NCBI GenBank assembly: GCA_036172245.1
Contig: JAYWIR010000097.1
Location: 62,001 to 126,000 of the forward strand
Length of the DNA: 64,000 nt
Direction: 5' to 3'
Origin: Raillietiella orientalis
Lineage: Eukaryota
Shown: positions 1-10,932 of the stretch, one piece after another
Layout: each line of letters begins with the position of its first letter
How positions within the stretch are numbered: position 1 is the first letter of the stretch
Notes under the pieces: generated by a model
The model's input: the letters and a program-made list of their open reading frames with translations, nothing else
Told to the model about the DNA's origin: nothing
The model's database searches: none
Translations under genes and position numbers: made by a program

Positions 1-53
1 TAGAATTCAGATATCACAGAATTCCTAATGTAGAAAATTTTGATGCATTGAAA

Positions 54-3000
54 CTATAGTTTCATTGAATTGAAGATTTGTTGGCAGAAAGTTGTTTGAA
101 ACGCTTGAAAACACGTAAACACCAGAGAAACTGATACATACTTCCTTTGTACCATAGAGAGTGCCACTTCATCCAGAGAGTGATACAGTGTTTCTGGATA
201 TGTCTTTCCTCCATCTATGGTGTCTTTTATGATGTGGAGTATTTTCAGTAAATCTTCGTTTGTATCAGCCACTCCAACTAAAAACAAAACGCAAGTTTGC
301 ACTCTTGAATGACTATTGGCTTAGCCGTCTGCTCATACATATGTTGAAGATTGGCAAAACTAAAGCGTTCCCAGGTTGAAAAAAAACCTCGTTCAAAATG
401 GGAAGAAGGATTCCTTCGGAAGAGGCAGAGTTCCGAAATGATACTCACCTGAATTAATATAGATTTCTAGCAAATGGGAAACAGATTTCAGACATTACTG
501 TGCCACGAGACATTTTCTATTCGCCATAAATCTTTGGTAAGCATGATTTTGCAGGCCTGGTATTCTCTAAAGAAACCTTTTTCATTCTTACAGGCGATTC
601 CATTCATGTTAGCTGGAATTTTTTCTCTGTCTGAGAAATGCTTCGACGCCCTCCACCGAGAAACAACAGATATTGTCTAGACTCTCGCCTATCCCAGGGA
701 TATGCTCACGAAGTTTGAGGAATTTTCCTCTGAGAATTTCAAATGCAGTTGAACTTCAGGTTCTGATTGCAATGAAAACTGCGTTTAAGAAACGTCTTGC
801 AATGAGATTCGATTCGATCTTGAACTCAAACCAAAATTTTCCAAAGCTAGTAATCTCCAGTTTTTCGGTGACTCCGTTGCTGCCAATCTTCTGTATAAGA
901 CCGAGGAAATGAATTTTTCATGTGGAAGCAAGTCCGGAGAATGTATCGCCATTTTGCTTTCGTCTTTCCACCTCTAGGTTTCACCAGCTCTCAGGATATT
1001 CGAAAATCCGCAGCAGCAGCTTATTGCTTGTTGGATCAGCAATGGATCGTTTCCAATAGATTTACTGATAAAACTGAAACAGCAACCTGAAAGCAACTTT
1101 TGATATAACTGAAACAGCAATCAAAAAGCTGCTTCCATAAGGTATCGTGCAAAACGTACATCTTGCCGATTGCAAGGGTGCCCTGCTGAGTTCGTCTTCT
1201 GTGATGCAAACTGTACGGAGGTATGCCAAACCCCGTACTTTACTGGAGGAAGATACGACGTTTCTGGTCTCGTCCGCAATTTTCCTCATTACCATCGATT
1301 TCGAATTCCTTTCGAGACTTGAATAGTGAGGAACCCGAGAGTTGAGTGCCAGTGTACAATTTGAGTTGAATACGATTTCCTGCCTTGATTTTGTCTGCCA
1401 TCCGTTGCGCGAGGCTGAAAAATTCACTTGCAATTCATGGTTGATTCTTCGTCCTTGCAAGATGCAATTACGTGGGCAGTAGACTTTTCACAAATGGGGT
1501 ATTCTTGAATGCCTCTCTTATGATTGGAGCTGCCCCTACGATTTGCAATGAGCTCGAATTCCAAGTAATGCCTACGACTTTGCAAATGCCGTCATGATTG
1601 ATATAAAAAAAAAAATTAGATCCCATAACCACTTGTGGATGTCGCAGTGTTTGCTTTCGCATCGGTCATGTTTCCAAGAAAGTAGAGGGAATGGCATGTC
1701 TAAGCAGTTATTTATTTACATGCCTGCTGCCTCTCAAGCACATTGATGATCAGGCTTTGCAGATTCGGATTCACGCAAAGCCTAAAGAAAACAGACGAGA
1801 GATAACCCTCATGTCTAAGGATTACATGTTTAATTCCAGAAATGATCGGCAACACTGATTCTACAAAAAAGGTGGCACCTGTGACTTTTATGAAATGTGA
1901 CTGCTGATATACGTCGTTTTGTTTGAAAAACGTCGAAATCGGCAGCTGCAATCCATTCCTAGGCTGGAATGGGGATGGAATGGTGGGTGGTTGAATACGA
2001 CTTTCAACTGTAGGTCGGTTTTTTGAAAATTCACCATGCATCGGAAAATTAGGAAGGCAAGCACCATGTGTTCAATCCCGAATGCATCACCTTCTTGTTG
2101 ACCTTCACCACCACCTCCTCAATTCTCTGTGTATTTGCGTCCCTATTTCGCTCTTACACAAAATAGCTGGCTGCAAAGTTTCCACCCTATTTCACTCTCG
2201 GCGAGGCATTCGATAAGCGCCTTCGAGACCTCACGAGAAGATACACAACCAGAGCAGCACACGGAAATAAAAGAACCTATGAAAAACAACCATCGTAACA
2301 TACATTTAGAATATTCCAGCAAGAAGGTCGGCAGTTTCGAGATTTTCCTCCCGCAGAGATTTTTCCGTGTACACACTGAAGAGTTAGGAGGGCAAAACTA
2401 ATGTAATCCAAATGGGATTCAGGCTTTTCGGCATCCGTTATTTTGATCCTTCCTGTTCCAGTAGGAATGAAAGGTGACCTGAAACTCATTTCCCAAATCC
2501 GGAAAGGGGAATGAATTCTCTCTATCGTCATTTGCTTCACTTGTTTTGTTTGTTTCTTCCGTTTCGTAAATACAGGTTGAAAAGGCCAAATTACATTGAA
2601 TTTATGGTGCTCACATACGAGTCAGCACACCTTTCGCATGGGCATGGAAATATTTGCTCAACAGACCTCGGAATCTTCTGGAACATTCATGATATTCGAA
2701 TCGGAGGCTTCAAGAGCTGTGCCATGCGTGTGGTGTCTTCGGCAGTTGAGTATGAGAGAGTGTTTCAAACTATTTGCTGCAGTGGCACTGGCGGCACAAT
2801 GACAAGACGTACGTTATTCTGACCACCTTTTTTTGTGTGTTTTTTTATGGAAAGTCGGAAGGAGCGAAAATGCACTAAGGAAAATGCCTTTGGGTGCTAC
2901 AAAACAGATAGAGAGGCAGATTGCATTGGAGTTTTCAAAGTCGCGAGATTGGGATGCTCCTGAACAGCATGGCCACCAATGAATCACTTTCTCTTTTCCA

Positions 3001-3413
3001 ATCTATTGATCGTGGAAATGGAAGTAAACTCTCGTAGAAACTCCCGCACGAAAATGCGTCCTAAGCGAGAACGAAGCGCTGAGCGATGATGCGAAAGTGG
3101 GAATGCACGCCAAAACGTACTCACTTTTCGGTTTTGTGTTCTCATCCCAGTCTCCATAAGCAACCAGAAAGAAAGGGTAAAACTTCCCTGAATGCACCGT
3201 ATTTATACTCTTAAGAGTTTGGGCTGCAGTTTCGTAAACATAGTTCATAGCCGATCTCATCGAATTTGTTCTGTCAATCACCATGCCGAACGTTTTGTAT
3301 CCCCTCCTCTCGTTAGTGAACGTTCTGTCATATTCCAAATCAAAGTAGGTCTGCTCATATGGCAAAAGGCACCACGCTGATGACGATTCCACGGATGATA
3401 GCAGCAGCATCAA
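54..3413 (-). CDS. Putative multi-exon secreted protein with hemicentin/VWA7-like von Willebrand A domain(s); exon structure unresolved, may be partly decayed and may run off the window start
   Basis: ORF 3003..3413 has a hydrophobic signal-like start, then KTFGMVIDRTNSM (resembles the vWA MIDAS strand 'xFVxDxTGSM') and FFLVAYGD. ORF 2277..2540 has ITDA. ORF 54..302 has DGGKTYPE...SLVFT, resembling 'GGGDxPE...VFTD'. Recalled-motif similarity only; some intervening segments contain stops. Confidence 0.35.
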
Positions 3414-6104
3414 AATTACAAAGAACTCCTGAAAATCACAGTTCTTTGGATGTACACTCGATACGAGTCGCTAAATCACGCACACTCGCAATCTGTACAC
3501 ACATGGACACACACAAAAGCAAAAGGCGTTTCTGCAGAAACGGTGCAAAAACACATTCGCGCAGGAGATTTCCACCCCGCGGACGGAAGCGGCTTATAAG
3601 AGAAAGTGGACGCACCAACAATGGAAGTGGATAACGCGGAACGCAACAATGGAGCACCCTTTGGCAGCACCAAATCACACGCCGCGACTCGCGAAGCGTT
3701 GCCAGCCGTGAAAACAGGTCGATGCTGCTAAAAACTTCCGAAATCCCCAACGTGGCAATTCGAACCCAGTTCTCCTCCCTACTTTGCCACGGTTCCCATT
3801 CAGCTTCCAAAGAATGGAAGCGGGTTGCTCTACAAACATGGCTGACTTGCTTTTCCAAAGCGACTGCTGTTGGGATCGAAAGGACTGCTCACACTCGTTG
3901 CTCACGCATATTGCCTCTCGCGCCGTCTACGAACATTTCGAGAAATCCCGAATTCATGGATTAATCCACGATTGTGCGTAAAACTGTAATCTGGAAACAT
4001 CGCAAAGTTCACGCGGAGTTTTAAGCGGCGATCCTATCTCATGTCAACATTTTGTTGAGTACTGACTCTTTTCGATGCTGCATTGATGTGATAACTTGCA
4101 TTATCGAAGACAATAAATTCCGCCTTAGTGAAGAGTACTTTTCAAAGAGTTAGATGCAAAAATGATTACCGAATTATATACGGTTTACATCGATGGAGCC
4201 GAAAAGCATCTAGGAGACGTCCCCAATAGAAATCATTGCATTCTGACGAAGGAGGCAACTTAGAAAAGCAGGGGTCGACCTCCGTTGTAGAATCCAATGT
4301 GCAGATTGTAACAAACTACCTATTGCAAGATGGTTTCTGCTTTTTTTCAAAGGCTTAGAAACGTGAGGTTTTCGTGGTCAGAAAGCCATTGAGAATCCAT
4401 CTTGTGTGGATTTTCTTCATTCCCCTGATGGCATTTTTTCACGAGATCCCAACAACGACATCGGCCAGCTGGACAGTGAAAGATCCAGAGAGCGAGCGAT
4501 GGGGTCTACTGCTCGTTATCTCATACAAACTATCAAACTCGACAGTTTCGTTTGCTCTGTTTTGTTTTTCATTTTTCATCCTGTTTGGAAAAATTTAAGA
4601 ACCCTTTGCTAAAGTCACAAAGTTGTTACTCTTCTATTCGTGGCACTGTTAATTCACACTCTTTATACCGAGAATCTGGAAAAGACGGTCGCGCTCGAAA
4701 AGCAGAGCATCTTCTGTAGATTAAAAATGCAAGAAAAACGAAATGGAATCCAGGAAATACGTCAATTGCATCATCAGGATAACCTCTTGCGGAGGAAAAC
4801 AAATGATATTGAGCTTAATAAACACCACTGCATTCACATCCGACTGGCAGAAGCGATCCTCACAATGGGAATGTATAGGATTGGAATTATTACAAGAGAT
4901 CCAATAAGCCCTAATTAATAACTAGGGTCCACTTAATCAAGCGAACTCAAATTAATGAGAGCATCTAGTTTCTTTATAAATATGTTGCAAAATCTGAAAT
5001 GCATTTAAACGAATGTATTAGAAATGCAAGAATCAGAAAAGCCTCATTATGTGTTGTATCATAGTGGTACAAAGCCTGTGGTAAAACTGCAAGCCTACAT
5101 AATTTCCGAATGTATTCCAATTCATTAAGTGAATTTATCCGCATTTGTTCAGAAGTAGAAACAAAATAGCAGACAAAAATCTTTCTTTGGGAACTTTTGC
5201 CTCCCGAAAGCTGAAGCAGCTTGCATCCCAAATCAGCTTTGTGCCCGAAGAGCTGAAATGGTCCACACCGTTCTCTTCGAGCTGCGCGCGAGTGCGCGAT
5301 GAATGCAAAGGCTCAACGGAAGGTATGCAGGCAATCATCGAAATCGTGCAAATGCGACCAAGCAACGTACAAGAAGGAATTGAATATTTGATTAGCAAAC
5401 AAATTTCCTCCGGTAATGGGAGCTAGAAGTGGGAGCAATCGATCTGGGCGATTGAGAACGGGAGTTTGGAGGGCACTGCACACCGTTTTCACGGGAACGG
5501 GAAGGAGCGTGGAGTCCGTGGTCCCAACGGGGTGCGTGGAGTCCAAGGCTGCATCCAAAAGAAGTTCAAGTTCACGTGTAGTACTCAAGGTCGTTACGGT
5601 TTCCCGATAGATAAAGACCGAACATTAAAGAGATGTCTTCAATATTCAAGCACGAGGAAAAGGACACTCAATCTGTGTAGATATAATCTGTCGAGTGCCA
5701 AATTCAAGCTCCATGCTGGACTCTGCCAACCTTCATTTGTAAATGCCGTTCATTGCAAACATCAAAGAGTTGCGTTTGACATGGGGACATTTTAAAATTG
5801 TGAGGAAACGAAACTTGAGCTCGCAAAATGAAAAAAAATAGAAATAGGGCCAAGAATTTAATGTCATTGCAATGTGTATAGGATAAATAAGTGTAAAATT
5901 AAATGCATGCTTCCATATCGTGTGCGCCCGTGCGGTGCAAGCCCCTGATATTTTATTTGTATTTTGCAATCAAGCTTTTTTTTACGTACGAGGAAGTTTG
6001 GAAATGGTGGATTTGTGTTTAGTCCTCCCAAAGGAGTTTCAGCAGTGGAAGATGATTCCATCATAAAGGCATCAACACCGGAAAATAGTTTTCACTCTGT
6101 TTAG

Positions 6105-6987
6105 CGTGTGAAGGAAATTCCTGTGTATCCAAGTTTGTCAAGGGAACAGTTTTTCAATGAGCTTTGTTTGAAGCAACAGGCAGTAATGCGTAGTTCAGGT
6201 GAAATGGACTCTTGCAGCAAACTGTGGATTATTTAACAAAACGTGAAGCGGATATCAACCTCGAAGTTCTTGTTTGTAGTCGAGAAGTCTTGAACTGCCA
6301 GACACGGAATTCAAAGTTCAAGAATCCTCCTGCGAATTGCCTTGTGCGTTCAAATTGGGAGTATTATTATTTTTTCGTTCAGTGGGAATTGCTGTCGTTA
6401 TTCCAACTTACATCAGTGTTTCCCAGGATGGCAGCTGATGTTTAGGTGATTGGGTGTTCCAAGACATTCCACCTTCTAGCATAGGTGCTTCTGGGCATAT
6501 TGTGATGGGACAGATGCAAGTGACTGCATTAAAATGCAGCCTGTTCACACCCTCCAATGTGCAGCATTGATATTTGGGAGGAAACAAGCCTTGTGGAAAG
6601 ATCCCTTGGAAACCTAAATTGAAAAAAGGTTTTTGGTTTAAAGGAATGTCTTGGCATGTGACCGCATAATTACCTGGGGGTATTTTGTTTATTGGGGCTG
6701 CATGCAGCTCCAAATGGTGGTCTAGAGCCCTGTGTTGCCATCGATATGTTCTGGAACCATTTGTGCTATTCATAGTATGATGTTACAATGTTTATATCAG
6801 TAGAGATCTGTTGCCTGTTCAGCTATTCAGGTGATTTGCATGCTTTTAAGAACAGGATGTTCAGGTGTGTTTACTCCTAGGGTGTTACTCTCATCAGTCA
6901 AGGTTTGAAGATCTGAGAGCAACCACCTATAAATTCTACGCTTTCTCATCTCTAGATCATGCTACTAAACTAATGGGAAAGGGATAG
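6105..6987 (+). pseudogene. TYW5: Decayed TYW5-like JmjC tRNA wybutosine hydroxylase
   Basis: Hand translation across frames gives colinear blocks IPVYPSLSREQF, TVDYLTK, YYF/RSVG, FPRMAADV, FWAYCD, LFTPSNVQH*YLGGNK, PGGILFI, IDMFWNHL and YKFYA. These match recalled TYW5 blocks VPRLEGVSREQF, TVDYLSQ, YYLRSLG, FPLLKGDI, LWTHYD, LFSPRDAQYLYLKGTK, AGDVLFI, VNIFWKHL and YRDFYA. Several frameshifts and stops. Confidence 0.7.
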
Positions 6988-7000
6988 GGTTCTCTTAATT

Positions 7001-7539
7001 ATGCAGCTTGTATTATTGACATACTTCATGAGGTATTCATAGAGTGCTTTGCAGGAGTTCCCACCCTCAAGTAAAGTAACCGAGGTCATCCAAGGTCATG
7101 TGACAGATTTGATACTTGTTGAATATTCTAATCGCTTGCTTGTGATTGTTAGCCAGTTTGGTGCCATTGGTTCGTTCATTGAGGTCACCCACCAGTCTTG
7201 TCAGCAGGGTACCAGTGTGTATGAAGTCAGGTGTGTGTTTTGCACTGTGATGCAAATCCATCATGGTATTGCAGAGTGCTTTTTGGATTTGACAGTGATC
7301 ATTTACGAGCCTGCTGTCGCTTGTGGGCTGAAAAGCTTTCACCTGGCAAACCAGTGCTGTTTGCTGTGAGTGTTGCCCATCAGTTGACTACGGAATCCAT
7401 CACACGGATCCGCTCCTTACTGTTCAATGCCTACGTTTGGTCAACTAGTGATCGGTCCTCCAGGATCCGGGAAAACTTCCTATTGCCAGATAGCTTCACG
7501 TTTATTGAGGGCTCAGGACCGTCAAGTTGCTGTGATTAA
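7001..7539 (+). CDS. PSMG3: Proteasome assembly chaperone 3 (PAC3) with a 32-aa C-terminal extension; exons 7001-7009, 7055-7230, 7275-7539
   Basis: Spliced product [45 protein letters not shown]...VLFGFD...KPVLFAVSV...LLFNAYVW matches the PAC3 pattern (VVTQFGKMG, VLLGxD, VLLAVAV, terminal ..VW). GT-AG introns of 45 and 44 nt keep the frame. The 9-nt first exon is inferred. Confidence 0.8.
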
Positions 7540-8380
7540 TCTAGGTAAAGTATTTTGTAGAATTTGTTTTCGGAATTCGAATCTTTTCAGATCCAGCTAA
7601 TGACATTCTTCCATATGAACCTCAAATTAACATCAGTGAGCTGGTCACAGTTGAAGATGCCATGCATTCTCTAGGATTAGGTCCCAATGGTGCTCTTGTT
7701 TATTGCATGGAGCTACTAGCAACCAATATGAGCTGGCTGTGGAATCAACTAGTTCCCGTAGCTGATCACCACCTTATTTTTGACCTTCCAGGACAGGTAT
7801 TTCAGGCAATCTTGTGCTCAATTTTTATTTGTCCAAGGTTGAGTTGTTCACTCATCACAACTGCATCACCCAACTGATTGATTTCCTAACTGCTCGTGAT
7901 CTGCGGCTTTGTGCTGTGCATCTGACTGATGCTCATTATTGCAGTGATGCTTACAAATATGTGGGTGCTCTCTTGTCAGCATTGGCAGCTATGTTGAAAC
8001 TTAGCTTGCCTCACATTGGCATTCTATCAAAAGTCGATCTGGCCCAGAGATATGGACCATTACGTTTTCAATTGCCATTTTATACGGAAGTCCTTGATTT
8101 GGATTATCTATTTGAGGATGACAGCTCCATTCTGTCTCGAAAATTAGGGAAAGCCTTGGCTTCTGTTGTACAGCAGTATAGTCTAGTTAGCTTGCTCCCT
8201 ATGCAGATTGATGATCCATCTAGCGTGCAGAATGTGCTGCAAGCTGTAGATCGAGCCAATGGTTTTGCATTTGGTGCTGCACGTCCACAAAGAATCCATG
8301 ATATGCTAGCATGTGCATTAGGGGCTAGAGAAGACACACTTAATGAGGAAATCTTTGCTGATGACAACGAATCTCCTTAG
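7427..8380 (+). CDS. GPN2: GPN-loop GTPase 2; exons 7427-7544, 7591-7796, 7838-8380
   Basis: [20 protein letters not shown] (P-loop), [19 protein letters not shown] (GPN loop), [36 protein letters not shown] introns of 46 and 41 nt are in phase. Confidence 0.95.
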
Positions 8381-10850
8381 TGTCAACACAACTTGTTTGC
8401 ATCAAAAGAACGTCTTTGTAACATTTTGCCTGTTTCAAGGGCCTGTTTGTTTTAGAATCTTGATCTTGTTCATCTTAGAGTAACTTCAATGATGCAGGGA
8501 GATTTTGGCATGCCAGTCAACAGCTACAAGATTATGTAACCATTAGCATAACTATCAAATAGACTTTCACATTTGATGGAATCCAAGGAAAGAAACTCTT
8601 GATGCTTTCATGATTTTGCTATAATAATGCAGGACTCTTTGATTCGTGCATTCATGGGACTGTGATGTGGAATTGTAGAATTATTTTGGACCCAATCGTT
8701 TTTAGCTCTTTACTTAGTTTCCAATTTTTGTGTAATTTGTATGCCATTTGTAAATGATGCAATCATTTTGTGATATGTAGTGCTGATCATGAGTCATGCC
8801 CTTTTTATTGCCTTGTGATGCATCGTGTGTTTTCCTCTTCCTTTTGCACAGAATAATATTTGATTCACTAGTTTGTATTCAATTTATTCATTTACTCTGT
8901 TGAGATCTGAGAGCAGATGGGATCCCTTATTCTCAATTGGAACATTGAAAAATGGGAGAGAGCAATAAAGTGTTCAAGGAAAATGAGATGAATATGGAAA
9001 AGTGAAGTGGTCATAATAGCTTTGATGGCTTTGCTGAATCATCTGTGCCGAAAAATTGCATCATTGGACACCCAAAGAAAGAGGAATCTTCAAATGCATT
9101 AAATGTACACTAAAGTTTTGAGAAATGCAGCTTTTAACCGGTTACTAATTGGAAAACAGTGATTTGGAGTCCATTTGTGGCCAAAATTTGGTAACATGAT
9201 CACATTGGGGTGCAAAACGCAATGCCACATTCAGACAAATGTTTGCAGATGGTTAGATTCCAAGATCCATTTGTGATTGTATAGTTTTGTTTTCATACAA
9301 CATTCTACAGTTTTTTTTGCATTTAATAATTTAATTCGTTTACAACTAATAAGTGAAGTGTCGATGTGAACATAATTTAATTATTGTTCAGTACAAACAA
9401 CTCTTATTTGAAAAATTTGAAAATCATAAAGCATCGTCATCTAGAATTGGCAGGCATACAGCTATATTTTTGTTACTTTAGTTTAAATTTATCAAGGATG
9501 GAATAATCAAAGTTAATATTGCAACATACGTGGAGCCTGCAGTAGATTAAAATTTAATGATAAACTTCTAAAAACTGTCATGCCGAATCTTTAAATTATC
9601 AGTCATATAGTTAAGCTTTTTGTCCCTTTAGTATATTGGATAACTATGCTGTCAACTTTTAGTAGGTATTTTTTTATTGATGCATTTTTAGGTAAAATTA
9701 ATTTTAAGATCACTTGAGCAATTTGGAAGCAACATTAAGTGTGCAAACTTTTAAAATTTCAAACTGCGGCCAAAAACAAGTTGATATGACCAGAAATTCA
9801 AGGAAAGCTAACTACTGTTACATATTTCTTGCTATCTACTGTTACCTAATATCACATACGTAAATGTTGAGAAGCAACTTTCCTTAAATGCCATTCATTT
9901 GAAATGAGAGAAACAAAAACAGTGTCATGTTTGAGCAATTACTGTCAAGTGCCATTAATAACATGAGTGTACGCGTCATTGTCTGAAGAACCCATAAATT
10001 TTTACTTCATCATGCTTAACTTGCACTTAATCATGTGCAGTGATTTTTTCATGATTTTATAAAGGAATGATTTCTTGAGCGTGATTTTCTTTAAAATGGT
10101 TGCGCATTAATCGTGGAAATTCATGAGTGTGGGAACAGAACTCCATTATAACCATCTCCACAAATGCAATACTGAAATGAACAAATATAGAAAACCGTAA
10201 GGCAGTTGCTTATAAACAGTACTAAATAAGTATGGTGGGTTTGTAAGGAATTTTTAGAGTTGAGCCCATGAGCCCCAAAATTCAATAAACTTTGTTTCTT
10301 CGTGTAAGTGTACACAGTGTAATTTAAGTATTTGACTATTATCAGCATAAAATTAAAATCTGCCCTTGTTTTTTACTGCCAGGCCCCAAACAATAGGAAA
10401 CTTTTCTTTGTGATGCTTGGCTTACTGGTTCACCTGAGGACGATAAATTTAAAGCCCAATTGCTACCTTTATTAATCGATCACGGAAGCAAATGTAAAAT
10501 TCCCTGTTTATCCTTCTCAGCTATCCTTGCACCGACTGCACTGCAGACTTTCACAAGCAGCAGAAAATTTTCTGCGGAATTCAGATACGAAGAAAAGCAA
10601 GGAATTCATTTTCCCATTACACATACGGCACTCTGTGGATACTTTACACAAGTATATGTAGTTCACCGCCTGCAGGAACACAAAGTTCAATGAGATGTCA
10701 ATCCCGAACGACCACGCCCTTGAAATTTATGTGTTAATAGTCCCCTACTTGCGAATCGAAAGTTGGGCCTTTTCGTAGGCCGCGACGGGTGCGTGCCCGG
10801 CGCATGGTCCACTTCTTCATAACTATGCGTTTGGGCAACGATTTCGTTAA

Positions 10851-10932
10851 GGTAGCGTGGCCGAGCGGTCAAAGGCGCTAGCTTTAGGCGCTAGTCTCTT
10901 CGGAGGCGTGGGTTCGAATCCCACCGCTATCA
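10851..10932 (+). tRNA. tRNA-Leu (anticodon TAG)
   Basis: Acceptor stem GGTAGCG/CGCTATC plus discriminator A, D-arm TGGCCGAGCGG, anticodon stem CTAGC/GCTAG with loop TTTAGGC, long variable arm, T-loop GGTTCGAATCC, and a TTTT Pol III terminator a few nt downstream. Confidence 0.95.

Noticed and set aside
5991..6104. FGNGGFVFS upstream of the TYW5-like region as the end of a fused TYW4 kelch domain
   Set aside because: Too short and no methyltransferase or kelch similarity seen further upstream.
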